A stretch of 64,000 bases of DNA from Promethearchaeota archaeon (GCA_048938105.1 JBHLMN010000013.1:32001-96000); one strand, 5' to 3'; positions 49,203 through 59,721 are shown, counted from the stretch's first letter. Program-made: numbers and translations. The notes: a model not told the origin generated them from the letters alone.

Positions 49203-49339
49203 ACTTCATGCCTCGATACGGCGAAAGTAGGTAAATTGATTGTACATTTGCCCCTGAAAAAATGGTAAAAAAACTTTAGGTAATTATCCAAATCTTTATC
49301 ATTTGAGCTTTTCTTTGAGAATAAAATCGGTACCCTCAT
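49199..49339 (-). CDS. Candidate upstream ORF (46 aa) overlapping ileS start (GTGA)
   Basis: MRVPILFSKKSSNDKDLDNYLKFFYHFFRGKCTINLPTFAVSRHEV*; TGA overlaps ileS GTG; translation unproven. Confidence 0.3.
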   Translation of the reverse strand: MRVPILFSKKSSNDKDLDNYLKFFYHFFRGKCTINLPTFAVSRHEV

Positions 49340-49508
49340 AATCCTAGGCTCGAATAGCAAATATTTTTCAAGTATCAAAGACCTTCCGTCTTTGAGTCAA
49401 ATTAACTTTGTCAGAAAGTCTGATTAAAGGGTTTCATCTCCTTCAGAATGAAAACGGAGATTTTACATACCTTGTTTCTAGTCTGAGTTCTCCTTTGAGC
49501 TGATTGTT

Positions 49509-49898
49509 ATGTCTGAAAGTGCCCAAAAAGCAATAAGTGTCGTTGAAAAGGTCTTCGATAGTAAATATGTGGAAATTCCCCTGTGTATTTCCATTATTAC
49601 TGGTGATGGACTCGAATTATACTCTACGGCCACATGTGATCCCGCAGAGATGGAGTCAATCAATATTTTAGGTCTCGTTGCGTTCGAGGAACTAAAATCT
49701 TCCTTTAATGCCCGGACTGAGGAAGATATAAACATCTTAATCTTTCGTACTGCTACAAAAGAATGCTATATAGCACCTGTGGCAAGAGAAATTTTCATGG
49801 TTGCTGCAGCGGTACCTGGTGCCGTTGGTGATGTGATGCCGCTGTTGGATGGTTTAAGTGCACAAGTAAGATTTGAATTGGCTAAGTTGGAGAAGTGA
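49509..49898 (+). CDS. Roadblock/LC7-like small protein
   Basis: 129 aa, helix - ISIITGDGL hairpin - helix - three strands - helix pattern. Confidence 0.55.
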   Translation: MSESAQKAISVVEKVFDSKYVEIPLCISIITGDGLELYSTATCDPAEMESINILGLVAFEELKSSFNARTEEDINILIFRTATKECYIAPVAREIFMVAAAVPGAVGDVMPLLDGLSAQVRFELAKLEK

Positions 49899-49908
49899 GG
49901 TAATCTAA

Positions 49909-50733
49909 ATGGAAGTTGAACACCTACAATTAGTTGCAGAGCAAGCTGCTAGAATGGCTGGGTCTTGCTTACGTTTATTATCCTTTGAAAAGCTGCAGAT
50001 CTTTCGAAAGGGTAAAAATGATGTTGTTACAAACTTTGATATGGAATCTGAACGATTAATTAAGAATCACATATTGATGCACTTTCCTGATCACATAATT
50101 CAAGCTGAAGAATCAAAAGTTGACCTCCAAAGCCTCCCTGAGAACGTAATTTGGTTCATCGACCCCTTAGATGGTACAAAGGCATTCTTGAGAGGAAATT
50201 TCGCTTTTGTGAGTATGTCTATAGCAGCATGGGATAAATCAGGGGTATTAGCAGGTGTTGTATATAATCCCTTTACTGATATGCTTTATTCTGCTGTAAA
50301 AGGGGGTATCGTACGCTTAAATAAAAATCCTCTTCCTAAACCTCGTACATGCCCTATCAATAAAGCTCGTCTTCTAATTGATTTTTCAAGCCGGTTATCT
50401 GCACCACTTAAGAGAGAATTAGCAATAGCTGATTTAAGGGGTAAGATTGGGAGGACGTACCGACTTGGTGGAGGGATTTCACAACATCTGATGTTGATTG
50501 CTCAGGGTACACTTGATGGGGGATTGTTTTGGGGAGCTGGGATGAAAGGTGAGTTTTGGGACATAGCCGCAGCTGCAATTATTCTCGAAAGACTCGGTTT
50601 AAAATTCACAAATCTAGAGGGAAAACCGATTCATCCACAAGATGAAGTGTTTGATCAATTGATTGTTGCTGCACCATCATTACACGAACAATTGTTAGAA
50701 TGGGTAATTACATTAAAATCGGAGTTGCCTTGA
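49909..50733 (+). CDS. Inositol monophosphatase/FBPase family
   Basis: DVVTNFD..SE, AEE, WFIDPLDGT, WDIAAA. Confidence 0.92.
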   Translation: MEVEHLQLVAEQAARMAGSCLRLLSFEKLQIFRKGKNDVVTNFDMESERLIKNHILMHFPDHIIQAEESKVDLQSLPENVIWFIDPLDGTKAFLRGNFAFVSMSIAAWDKSGVLAGVVYNPFTDMLYSAVKGGIVRLNKNPLPKPRTCPINKARLLIDFSSRLSAPLKRELAIADLRGKIGRTYRLGGGISQHLMLIAQGTLDGGLFWGAGMKGEFWDIAAAAIILERLGLKFTNLEGKPIHPQDEVFDQLIVAAPSLHEQLLEWVITLKSELP

Positions 50734-50856
50734 CCTTATCTGCTAATTTTAGCCTATTTCTTAAGGATACTTTCTCACTCACAATGTTCTATCTCCCTCC
50801 ACGAAATTATTAATATACTTACTTTTCCCTTTAATTTATCATAAACAGGGATAAAG

Positions 50857-51582
50857 TCAGATTCTTGAGTCTTTATGGGTTTTTATATATTCAGAGCGAA
50901 GAGTTATTCGTTGAGTAACTTGTCCATTTTCAGTATAGCTATAAGGGGTAAAATTTTGTGATTCCATTAATTTTTGAAAGATAGTTCCTCTCAATTTATC
51001 ATCTAACGCAAAATGTTGTCCAAATTCAAAGAAATTCAATTGTAAAGTGCCAGCTGAGTTCACAAATTCACCATAAATCCATTGTTGGAGATAATGTTCT
51101 AAATCTCGCTTTCTACTCAGATGTGCTTTAATTATCTCTGCTTGACGATCTGAAATATCAGGGAATCTTATTTGAAGTCTTTCTATAATTTCTGATGCTG
51201 ATATAGACTTCCCAAAGTCTTCTGTTATTATTCCTGCCCTACTCTTTTCATCCTCAAATAGAGCAATTATATAATCTTCTGGTAAAGCAATACTTTCCAT
51301 ATCTATATTTATTACAAATGTTTTATGTTTAACTTTCCAGTGTTTAACTTCTCGTTGGCCCCCAATTTTCTCCATAGAGAAGTATGCCAAATCAAGTTCC
51401 TCAAGGCTTTTAAGATGATGAAGGATAGTTGGTATTTTTTTTCGCAACATGTCCGCTAGATTTGATGCCGTAAGCCCCGTAGGATTTCTATACATAAGGA
51501 GCAACATCCTCCGCCGTGTAGGGTCTGCCAATGCTTCAATAACCTGAATAACTTGTCCAGGTTTGTCATAATAAGCTTCCAC
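50857..51582 (-). CDS. ArsR-type winged-HTH protein with uncharacterised C-terminal domain
   Basis: ALADPTRRRML...TILHHLKSLEELDL. Confidence 0.8.
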   Translation of the reverse strand: MEAYYDKPGQVIQVIEALADPTRRRMLLLMYRNPTGLTASNLADMLRKKIPTILHHLKSLEELDLAYFSMEKIGGQREVKHWKVKHKTFVINIDMESIALPEDYIIALFEDEKSRAGIITEDFGKSISASEIIERLQIRFPDISDRQAEIIKAHLSRKRDLEHYLQQWIYGEFVNSAGTLQLNFFEFGQHFALDDKLRGTIFQKLMESQNFTPYSYTENGQVTQRITLRSEYIKTHKDSRI

Positions 51583-51610
51583 TGAATTCGGCTCCTAAAT
51601 AATCATTCTC

Positions 51611-51703
51611 GCATTCCTTTAAAAATGCCGACCTAATGGCATCTGATGCTTTCAGGGGTCAGCGGGAATTATACTTAGAGAGATCATTAGGCGATATTTT
51701 CGC
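51611..51703 (-). ncRNA. Candidate structured 5' leader/ncRNA upstream of ArsR-type gene
   Basis: Minus-strand stems GCCUAAUG-AUCU/AGAU-GC-CAUUAGGU and GCAUUUU-UAAA-GGAAUGC; G-U pairs only work on minus strand. Confidence 0.35.
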
Positions 51704-51785
51704 AAATAACATAGATTTAATTATAGTTTTGGTTATTAATCTTTCTAATGTGATCTAAAAGGAGACAACCAATGGCCACCATAAG

Positions 51786-52106
51786 TTAATCAATTTGCTT
51801 ATTTTGATTTACACTGGAAGAATTGATCCTAATTGTCTTTTTTGATTCCTGATTCAGAATAATCAAACTTAATAATAGAATTAATCCACTTGATAAGAGT
51901 AATAACCCTAAAATAAAGCCATGAGGGAATAATAGAGTTGTTTGAGGTATTGAAACCGCGAGAATACTGAGTAAAATGAAAAATCCTAAAGTGGAAGCTG
52001 ATACTGAAATAAAAATGAAAATTCCGAAGATTTCTTTTGAAATGATTACTTCAGGTCTCAGTGGATCTTCTGTCTTATCGAATGATTCCGTTTTACTGTT
52101 TGGCAT
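51786..52106 (-). CDS. Small 2-TM membrane protein
   Basis: Two hydrophobic helices. Confidence 0.6.
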   Translation of the reverse strand: MPNSKTESFDKTEDPLRPEVIISKEIFGIFIFISVSASTLGFFILLSILAVSIPQTTLLFPHGFILGLLLLSSGLILLLSLIILNQESKKTIRINSSSVNQNKQID

Positions 52107-52260
52107 AAAAAATCCACACTGAGAACGTCTTTTTAATAATCGTTCAAAACAGTTTAGGAATTTTTAATCTTCAAAACTTTTTTTATGATAGCTAACGAAA
52201 ATTAAGGTTCTTATGAAGATTACAAGCTAACTCTGTCGAGGTAAAGATAAATGTGGGACT

Positions 52261-53247
52261 ATGTTCCTATCTGATTCGACAACATGCTTAACTGGTATTG
52301 CCCTTAAAAGATCTCACTTTTCGATTTACGAAGATTTTTTAGAAGCAATCAGCTTTGCAGACCAATATCACAATTTTGTCTTTATTGATTATGAAGGGAT
52401 TCAGAATCTTCTTGATCCAACCCAATTAGAAACGATTATTGAACAGGTTCATCATAACTTGGTTTTCACTATTGCAGTTCGTGGTTGTGAATTCCATTTC
52501 CAGAGAAAGTTTCTACTTGAAAATTATATAAGGTTAACAAGGAAGTATTCCAATCTTCTTTTCTGTGTTGTTGCTGGTCATCCTGCTTATTCATCCATTG
52601 AAACTCGATTGCCTGTAATCAAGGCTTTCCATAATGTTTTCACCCGCATACGGAGTAAACAATCCTCTTTATTATTTTTAGGAATTGAAAATGTTACCTC
52701 AGACTTAGTTAATATACTAAAACAGGAATATTATCCAATAATGCCCCTCATACTTCACGGGGATCCTCGTGTAATTTGTACTACTAAAATTCTCCCTCCT
52801 TTTGCTGTTTACTCCCCATTAGCTCATTCTGTTCCTGATGAAGTGGCAATTAAATCACTACTAGGGTATTTACTACGTAGAAAAATAACTCAAGAAGCTC
52901 TTAAAAAGAAAGGATTTTGTTTTCTCACTCCTCCAATGAATAAACAGCTTTTCAATGAATTGATACCTGAAATTCAGTCTATTCTTTGGTCAAGCTTTGA
53001 TAGATTTGTGCTCACATCTCAAAACATTCGAAATCGAACAGAAACTTTCATTCAAAATGGAGTACAGCTAATAGTAGGAAATCCTGCAATTCCAGGGCAA
53101 TTATTTGAATTAATCAGAAGTTTCAAAACCATTATTGGGGAAAATTCTTCAGACTGGCTTGAAAGTAGTGAGATTTCTAATCCCTTGACTGGAGATAAAC
53201 CTCCTTTGAAAATAATGCATTCAACACAAAAACCGATAAATTTTTGA
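52261..53247 (+). CDS. Hypothetical protein
   Basis: 328-aa ATG ORF, no recognised family. Confidence 0.65.
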   Translation: MFLSDSTTCLTGIALKRSHFSIYEDFLEAISFADQYHNFVFIDYEGIQNLLDPTQLETIIEQVHHNLVFTIAVRGCEFHFQRKFLLENYIRLTRKYSNLLFCVVAGHPAYSSIETRLPVIKAFHNVFTRIRSKQSSLLFLGIENVTSDLVNILKQEYYPIMPLILHGDPRVICTTKILPPFAVYSPLAHSVPDEVAIKSLLGYLLRRKITQEALKKKGFCFLTPPMNKQLFNELIPEIQSILWSSFDRFVLTSQNIRNRTETFIQNGVQLIVGNPAIPGQLFELIRSFKTIIGENSSDWLESSEISNPLTGDKPPLKIMHSTQKPINF

Positions 53248-53301
53248 TACAATTAATACATAATTTTCATTGCATTTGAACCTCCACATTGGGTTCTTAA
53301 G

Positions 53302-54078
53302 ATGAAATTTGAAGATGTAACTGCTTCCTTTGAAATGGGGAGTGGTCAAGTATACGTTTTACTCCTTCATGGCTACACAGGTAATCCCTATGAATTAAGC
53401 TTATTCGCAGAGTACCTAATTAATGAAGGCTTTCATGTAGTAGCCCCGTTATATCCTGGACACGCCAAAGATAAATTTAAACTAGCAAGAACCACTAAAA
53501 ATGACTGGATTGGTGCTGTGGAGAACGCTCTCAATGATATACGAAGTAAAGATCCTACACATATTTTTGTCAGCGGACTTTCAATGGGAGGCCTCCTAAC
53601 TCTTCATGTTGGTATTACTCAACCTGATATCACAGCAATTGCTCCAATTTGTGGCCCAGTGTTTTTGAAGAAGAGAATGTTAGTATTACTTCCGATTGTA
53701 AAGCGATTTATGACCTACTTTCCAATTATTGAAAAAGTAGATGCTCAAGATCCTGCTGTAAAGGCTGATCCAATTTTTCAAGAGAACATGAAGAGATATG
53801 ATAAGACTGTGGTATCAACAGTAATTGATTTGCTATCTCTTATGAAAGAGGCCAAAGAGAACTTGGATCAAATTAAACAACCAATAATGATAGTTCAAGC
53901 TAAAAAGGATAAAACTGTACATCCTAGTAATGCCACATATATTCTAGATCATGTGAATACAGAGTCATCAAAAAAACAAATTTTGTGGCTTGAGAATTCT
54001 GGTCATGTAGCCACATTGGATTATGATAGAAATTTACTCTTTTCAAAGGTTTCCCAGTTCTTTAAAGAAAACCTGTAA
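53302..54078 (+). CDS. Carboxylesterase/monoacylglycerol lipase-like alpha/beta hydrolase
   Basis: LLHGYTG, PGH, GLSMGG, D.TV, SGHV. Confidence 0.9.
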   Translation: MKFEDVTASFEMGSGQVYVLLLHGYTGNPYELSLFAEYLINEGFHVVAPLYPGHAKDKFKLARTTKNDWIGAVENALNDIRSKDPTHIFVSGLSMGGLLTLHVGITQPDITAIAPICGPVFLKKRMLVLLPIVKRFMTYFPIIEKVDAQDPAVKADPIFQENMKRYDKTVVSTVIDLLSLMKEAKENLDQIKQPIMIVQAKKDKTVHPSNATYILDHVNTESSKKQILWLENSGHVATLDYDRNLLFSKVSQFFKENL

Positions 54079-54106
54079 GCAATAATAATGAAAATCTATT
54101 TTTAGA

Positions 54107-54964
54107 ATGAGGAGTTTTCCGAAGATGGTTAACAAAAAAACAATCGTAATAGTTTATCCACATCCAGATGACGGGGAATTCATGGCAGGGGGTTCATTGG
54201 CTAAATGGGCTAAGGAAGGTCATCAAGTATATGCGATTTGTGCAACAAATGGTGATTTAGGAGCAAAGATAACAGATATTACTCCTGATGAATTAGCAAA
54301 AACTCGAAAAAAGGAACTAGCAAATGCAATGAAAACTCTTGGAGGTAATCCACCCATTTTCCTTGACTTTCCTGATGGTTTCGTGCGAGATCATATCAGA
54401 GAGTTAAAAGAACGTCTTGTTTACTGGTTTAGAAAGCTCAGACCTCATCGTGTAATAACTTGGGATCCTTGGAAAAAGTATCAAATACATCCTGATCATA
54501 TAGAGGTGGGACGGATCGCATCCGAAGCAGCTGCTTTCTCTTGTTTTCCTTTGATGTATCCTGAACATGTGGAAGAGGGATTACAACCTTATCAACCAGA
54601 AGAAGTTTGGTATATGATTCCAATGGAACATAAACCAAATCGGCTTGTAGATATCACTAATTATATAGACAAAAAGATGGAAGCGCTTTTCTGCCATCAA
54701 TCACAATTAGAAATGATGGCAGACCTGCTTGTTTCTGGAGCTGACCCTGCTAATCTAACAGAAGATCAAAAGGCCAAGCTTCAAGAAGGAGCTAACACCA
54801 TGGTGAGGATGGTTGCACAAGCGTTTGGATCTTTGTCTGGAGGGAAAATAGAACTAGCCGAAGCTTATTATTCCATTAAATTGGGCCCTGGTATGTTTGA
54901 TAATTACCAGGAAATGATTCAAGAAATTATAGGCATGGAATCTGATTCTTTAGAGATTCTATAA
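54107..54964 (+). CDS. PIG-L/LmbE family deacetylase
   Basis: PHPDDGE, TNGD.G, HPDH, CHQSQ. Confidence 0.92.
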   Translation: MRSFPKMVNKKTIVIVYPHPDDGEFMAGGSLAKWAKEGHQVYAICATNGDLGAKITDITPDELAKTRKKELANAMKTLGGNPPIFLDFPDGFVRDHIRELKERLVYWFRKLRPHRVITWDPWKKYQIHPDHIEVGRIASEAAAFSCFPLMYPEHVEEGLQPYQPEEVWYMIPMEHKPNRLVDITNYIDKKMEALFCHQSQLEMMADLLVSGADPANLTEDQKAKLQEGANTMVRMVAQAFGSLSGGKIELAEAYYSIKLGPGMFDNYQEMIQEIIGMESDSLEIL

Positions 54965-55081
54965 ATTCATTTGAGATCTTTTGTGTCTTCTTCTACTTTT
55001 CATCGGAATTAGTAATATCTTGATAATATTTCAATTTTAGAACTTAACTGAACTAGCTTCAAGAAAAGCTAGGGATATAAG

Positions 55082-55330
55082 GTGTCTCACCCAAATCAAA
55101 CTATGGTTATTCAAAATTATCGTGTCAGGAATTTTACAGACCAAAATGTCGAAGAAGAGGAGTTGACCTGCCTAATTCATTTTCTTTCTTCTCTAGATAT
55201 ATGTAAAACGTGTGTTAGAGAGATCCCAAAAATCCAATCAGCTTTTGGATCCGATCTCGACTATCAGATCGATTTTGAATCTCATACTTTAGATATTCAT
55301 TATAAAAAGAACATTGTATCTGGTTGGTAA
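55082..55330 (+). CDS. Small hypothetical protein
   Basis: 82-aa GTG ORF with a CxxC. Confidence 0.45.
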   Translation: MSHPNQTMVIQNYRVRNFTDQNVEEEELTCLIHFLSSLDICKTCVREIPKIQSAFGSDLDYQIDFESHTLDIHYKKNIVSGW

Positions 55331-55358
55331 TAAGAAAGGACATCCTCACTTTTTTTGA

Positions 55359-56165
55359 CTATCCACCTACTGATTCAAATTTGGTTATTGCTCGAGTCCA
55401 AAAGAGCTTCGATAACAGACCAAAAACCCCGATCCAGAAAATTCCATAAACAATTGCTAGAAAAAGCTCGTTAGGGGTTATTCGTCCCAATATCCAAGCA
55501 GAAGGGATGTAATTTATTAGATAAAAAGGTAGAATATAAGCAACTTCACGTATGACAGGTGGAAGAATATCTACTGGGATTAATTCTCCTCCAACGACTT
55601 GCATGATCGCTAAAAACAAGGCCCGAGTCGGCCAGATATATCTGATATAAAAAGTTGTTAAACCAACGAGGATAAAACAGAAATAACTGAGTATATAGCT
55701 TATAACTAAACAAATCATGAAACCAAAGAGAATAAAGGCATTTAATTTGATTGGAATTTGCATAACATTAATTAAAAGGATAACAACTGGTAAAGAAAGA
55801 CTAAAACTTATCAATGAAAATGGTATTGTTTCCGCGAGGCTAAATGCTAAATAATCAATTGGTCGACAAAGGTAGATTGTTAATGTACCATTAAGGTTGT
55901 CATTCTGTAAGCGCCATGCGACTCTATACAGAAACAATGATTCAGAAATTAATGTGGAAAATAATGCATATCCTAAGATTGCAGATAAAGAATACCCAAA
56001 CTCTGATTCTGCTAAAGGATTTTGGTAAATAATTGTCCATATGAAGAAAAGCAAGATAAAATGAACAGGAGTCCAGATTAAGACTCCGATAAATTCCCCC
56101 ATATACGCTTTCATGTCAACAAAAGTAGTTCTGATAATTCCCGTATATTTCCTGAGATGAAACAT
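55359..56165 (-). CDS. ABC-2 type permease (DUF990-like)
   Basis: 6 TMs, GTL..YL.RP, GG.LIP.D.LP. Confidence 0.85.
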   Translation of the reverse strand: MFHLRKYTGIIRTTFVDMKAYMGEFIGVLIWTPVHFILLFFIWTIIYQNPLAESEFGYSLSAILGYALFSTLISESLFLYRVAWRLQNDNLNGTLTIYLCRPIDYLAFSLAETIPFSLISFSLSLPVVILLINVMQIPIKLNAFILFGFMICLVISYILSYFCFILVGLTTFYIRYIWPTRALFLAIMQVVGGELIPVDILPPVIREVAYILPFYLINYIPSAWILGRITPNELFLAIVYGIFWIGVFGLLSKLFWTRAITKFESVGG

Positions 56166-56180
56166 TTGATATTCACTCCA

Positions 56181-56984
56181 TCAGTTACTTGCACTCTCAT
56201 ATCGCTTTACTCCACGTCTCCAAACAGCCAAGAACATCACTAACCAGAATAAAAAAAGAGGAATTATAAGGAATAATATGATAACTGCCTCAGATATCTC
56301 GATACGGTTTAACAATATTTCTGCGGGGAATGCGCTGATAAAAGCGACAGGATATCCAAAGATCAGGATTCCTTTTAAACCTCCTGGTAGTGCTGTGGCA
56401 GGAATTCGCACAAAATTGTCTTCAAGAGAGTCAAACGCTTCTTGGATAAATTCAGCTCGACCAATTGTAAAACCAAGAAATGACGAGACTGTACCATAAA
56501 TAATGTATAGAGTAGTCATTCCAAGGATCAAAACTAGGAATGCCAGTAAAATATTCAGCAATTCATATTCTATACGATAAAAAGAACTTACAATGACAAG
56601 TAATACTGTTGAAACAACGAAAAAAGCTCCTCCTCCAACCCACACCTCTTCAAATAGAATTCCAAGTAAAGGATGACGAAGTGGTCTACAGAGCCACCTT
56701 TCAATTTCTCCCTCTATGATCTTGAATGGAAGCATCCAGACTCCAGTAAATAAAAATGAAGCTATTCCCCAACAAAGATACCCTAATGCTGAAAAAATCA
56801 ATATTTCATGTAAAGCCCAATTGCTAAACTCTTGGCCAGTAAGTACAACTTGCCAGAAAATGTAAAACGACAGGATTGTCACTGTTGCTTCAATAAATCC
56901 TCCTAAAATGATGGAAGGATACTGAAAAATCAGTTTATAAGACATAATAATAAATCGAGTTTGAATTCGAAAAATCTTCAGCAT
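56181..56984 (-). CDS. ABC-2 type permease (DUF990-like)
   Basis: 6 TMs, GEIERWLCRP, C-terminal GVKRYESA. Confidence 0.85.
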   Translation of the reverse strand: MLKIFRIQTRFIIMSYKLIFQYPSIILGGFIEATVTILSFYIFWQVVLTGQEFSNWALHEILIFSALGYLCWGIASFLFTGVWMLPFKIIEGEIERWLCRPLRHPLLGILFEEVWVGGGAFFVVSTVLLVIVSSFYRIEYELLNILLAFLVLILGMTTLYIIYGTVSSFLGFTIGRAEFIQEAFDSLEDNFVRIPATALPGGLKGILIFGYPVAFISAFPAEILLNRIEISEAVIILFLIIPLFLFWLVMFLAVWRRGVKRYESASN

Positions 56985-58045
56985 TATATGTCGCCTTTCT
57001 TTGCTCCATTAGTATAGAGTTCCTCGATAATATCCTCGAGGTCTGCATCTGAAATCTGAATGTCAAGAACTCGATCTACCATTTGCAATAGATTTTGAAT
57101 GAGAAAATCAAGATCAATAGCATCAGCGTTGTATTCAATTTTAATAGAGTTATCGTTCCCATTGAGAGTTTTTAGCGATTCTCCATCCTGATTGGTAATT
57201 TTAACATTTTCTTGTGCTGATAATCTCTGAAGAAAATGGATTAAGGTTACTATTGGTTTTTTTTCTGTTCTGAAAGTAAAATCTAATCTTTTCTCTTTTC
57301 GTAATAGACTCGCCAATTCCTTAGTAAGACCATCGTAATGAATTTTCCCCTTTAAAAGTAATATCGCCCTATCACAAATTTGTTCGATATCTTTTACATT
57401 GTGAGAGCATAGGATAACCGTGGTACCGTCCTCTTGATTACGCTCATTGATAAATTTTCGAATACGACGAGCAGCTACGATATCCAAACCAATTGTAGGT
57501 TCATCTAGAAAAACAACTGGAGGATTGTGAATGAGTGAAGCAGCAAGTTCACATCTCATACGTTCTCCTAGTGATAATCGACGGGGTTGTCGGTGTAGAA
57601 ATGGTTTGATTTCTAGAACAGAAATAAAATCAGCTAGTCTCTGCTTAAATGTCTGACTATCAAGTTCGTACACATCTCGGTATAATCGTAGTGATTCAAT
57701 GACAGGGATGTGCCTCCATAATAAGGATCTATGTCCAAATACGACCCCAAACTGATAAGCTGCATTGTATCGTTGTTTCTGTGGATCGTAACCATTTACA
57801 ATTGCTTTTCCATTGTCGAATTGAATGATTCCTGTTAGAATTTTAATTATAGTGCTTTTCCCTGCCCCATTAGGTCCAAGAATAGTTAATTTCTCACCAG
57901 GAGAAACACTAAAGGATACATTGTCGAGAGCTTTGACTGTCTGATAGTCACGTTTGATAAACGATCGAACCCGGGAAGCAAACGACGTTTGTTCCGCGGA
58001 TAATCGCTGGTAGGTCTTTTCTAGTTGATAAGCCTCGACTGACAA
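56984..58045 (-). CDS. ABC exporter ATP-binding protein
   Basis: GPNGAGKST, LSLGERMR, FLDEPTIGLD. Confidence 0.93.
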   Translation of the reverse strand: MSVEAYQLEKTYQRLSAEQTSFASRVRSFIKRDYQTVKALDNVSFSVSPGEKLTILGPNGAGKSTIIKILTGIIQFDNGKAIVNGYDPQKQRYNAAYQFGVVFGHRSLLWRHIPVIESLRLYRDVYELDSQTFKQRLADFISVLEIKPFLHRQPRRLSLGERMRCELAASLIHNPPVVFLDEPTIGLDIVAARRIRKFINERNQEDGTTVILCSHNVKDIEQICDRAILLLKGKIHYDGLTKELASLLRKEKRLDFTFRTEKKPIVTLIHFLQRLSAQENVKITNQDGESLKTLNGNDNSIKIEYNADAIDLDFLIQNLLQMVDRVLDIQISDADLEDIIEELYTNGAKKGDI

Positions 58046-58157
58046 TAATAATCCCTGCTATAAGTAACAAGTTTAGTCATTTCTTATGGAAAATCATTGA
58101 CTTATTAATAATCATTGAATTTGGCAATGGATTAAAAAATAGGTTTGGAAGTAGAAA

Positions 58158-58871
58158 TTGGGATCGATGCCACGAGAAAAAATAGTACAACATGTTGGGC
58201 GAGAATTTCATCGCTATACTGAAGATGAGTGGATCCTTTTCAAAGAATTACGCAAAAGAACCATAGATATTTTAGAAATTTTGGAAAGTACGGGAATCAA
58301 AGCATTCGTACATGGTTCAGTAGCGAGAGGAGATATTAATGATGCCTCAGATATCGATATTTATATTCCTGTTCAAATCCCTTCTTTTAAATTAGATCTA
58401 ATTGATCAGTTCCACTTTACAGACCGTCAAATAATGATGGGTACTCCAAATTCCACCATTCGTGCTGTTTTATCTTTGCAAGATGATATAGCTATCAGTT
58501 TTCCATTAAGTAACCCTGTTGAAAGAGAAAATGAGTTTTATCGTTTTTCTGGGTTTCTCTATCGCGAAGATCTTCTTATGGAACGAAGAATAGCAGGAGT
58601 AACTAAACAACTGTTACTCATTGAGCCGGAGGAGGAAGGTTATTGGTATTCATCAATTATTATGAAAAAGAATAGAGCGATCCAAATTTTAGCTCTCTCT
58701 CAACGTATGATTGATGAGAGAATACGCGTACTCTCACGAAGAGATAAAATTGGAAGAACTGGTTTGTTTTTAGACTATTCTCTAACTCCTGATGAGAACT
58801 TCGAGTCCGCCCTCAAAAATTTAGCTGATAGAAATGTAATAGTCCGAAGAATGTTGAAACGGAGATCGTGA
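58158..58871 (+). CDS. Archaeal Pol-beta-like nucleotidyltransferase (COG2413-like)
   Basis: HGSVARGD...SDIDI; EFYRFSG, RIAGV.K.L, ER.RVL.RRD.IGRTG. Confidence 0.85.
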   Translation: MGSMPREKIVQHVGREFHRYTEDEWILFKELRKRTIDILEILESTGIKAFVHGSVARGDINDASDIDIYIPVQIPSFKLDLIDQFHFTDRQIMMGTPNSTIRAVLSLQDDIAISFPLSNPVERENEFYRFSGFLYREDLLMERRIAGVTKQLLLIEPEEEGYWYSSIIMKKNRAIQILALSQRMIDERIRVLSRRDKIGRTGLFLDYSLTPDENFESALKNLADRNVIVRRMLKRRS

Positions 58872-58884
58872 CAAGGGGTAAAAC

Positions 58885-59721
58885 ATGTTTAAAGAAGAAG
58901 AAATAGATAGGCGTTATTTATTACGTAGGTACAATAACTCCAAGATACTTTTAGTTGCTGATCTTCATTTAGGGTTTGAAGCTGAATGGTCACGTAAAGG
59001 ATTAGAGATGAGAGACCCAAATTGGTCAATCGAGGTTATTAATCGTTTAAAAAAAGATATTGAAGATACAACCCCAGATCATCTGATTATACTAGGGGAC
59101 ATTGAACATAGTTTTGCACACTTCAAAGGGTGGAAAACCGATCAGAATGGAATATGGGTTTCAAATAGATGGCTGAGAGAGAAAGCTTTATCATATTTTG
59201 TGGAACAAATTGTTAAGATTAATGGGTTAAAAACCATTTTAATCCGAGGAAATCAAGACACTTCTATTGTAAAATCTTTATCTCAACAAGTTACTATTTA
59301 CCCCGAAAAAGAAGCTTCTCTATTTAGTCAACTAGGTGTTTTCCATGGTCATACAAAACCAAGTGAAACTGTGTTATTTTCTTCAGAAATAATGCTAGGT
59401 CATGTTCATCCTGCAATTGAGCTTGTTGATGAATTAAAAATACACCATAAGTTTCCTGTCTTTGCAAAGCTTACCATCACTCGTGAGGAAATATTCCGTC
59501 TCTTTGATTTTCAATTTGAACTCGAAGAGATTAATTCGATCGAGCAAGTTCCAATCACTATTCTCCCTGCTTATAATTTCTATTTGAATGGTTTCACCCT
59601 AAATCAACCCCATAGGAAAAAAACATTCCCTGTATTGTGGAATTTAATACAACACCCTAAATTAAGGATTCAATTAACTAATGGAATTGATCTAGGTAAA
59701 TTAGAGGATTTGACTCTATGA
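58885..59721 (+). CDS. Calcineurin-like metallophosphoesterase (COG1407, Lhr-associated type)
   Basis: ADLHLG, LGD..H, RGNQD, HGH, GHVHP, LPAYN. Confidence 0.85.
   Translation: MFKEEEIDRRYLLRRYNNSKILLVADLHLGFEAEWSRKGLEMRDPNWSIEVINRLKKDIEDTTPDHLIILGDIEHSFAHFKGWKTDQNGIWVSNRWLREKALSYFVEQIVKINGLKTILIRGNQDTSIVKSLSQQVTIYPEKEASLFSQLGVFHGHTKPSETVLFSSEIMLGHVHPAIELVDELKIHHKFPVFAKLTITREEIFRLFDFQFELEEINSIEQVPITILPAYNFYLNGFTLNQPHRKKTFPVLWNLIQHPKLRIQLTNGIDLGKLEDLTL

Noticed and set aside
49325-49340. T-box riboswitch upstream of ileS (GAGGGTACCG)
   Set aside because: Lacks the UGGNACC bulge, terminator and specifier-stem features
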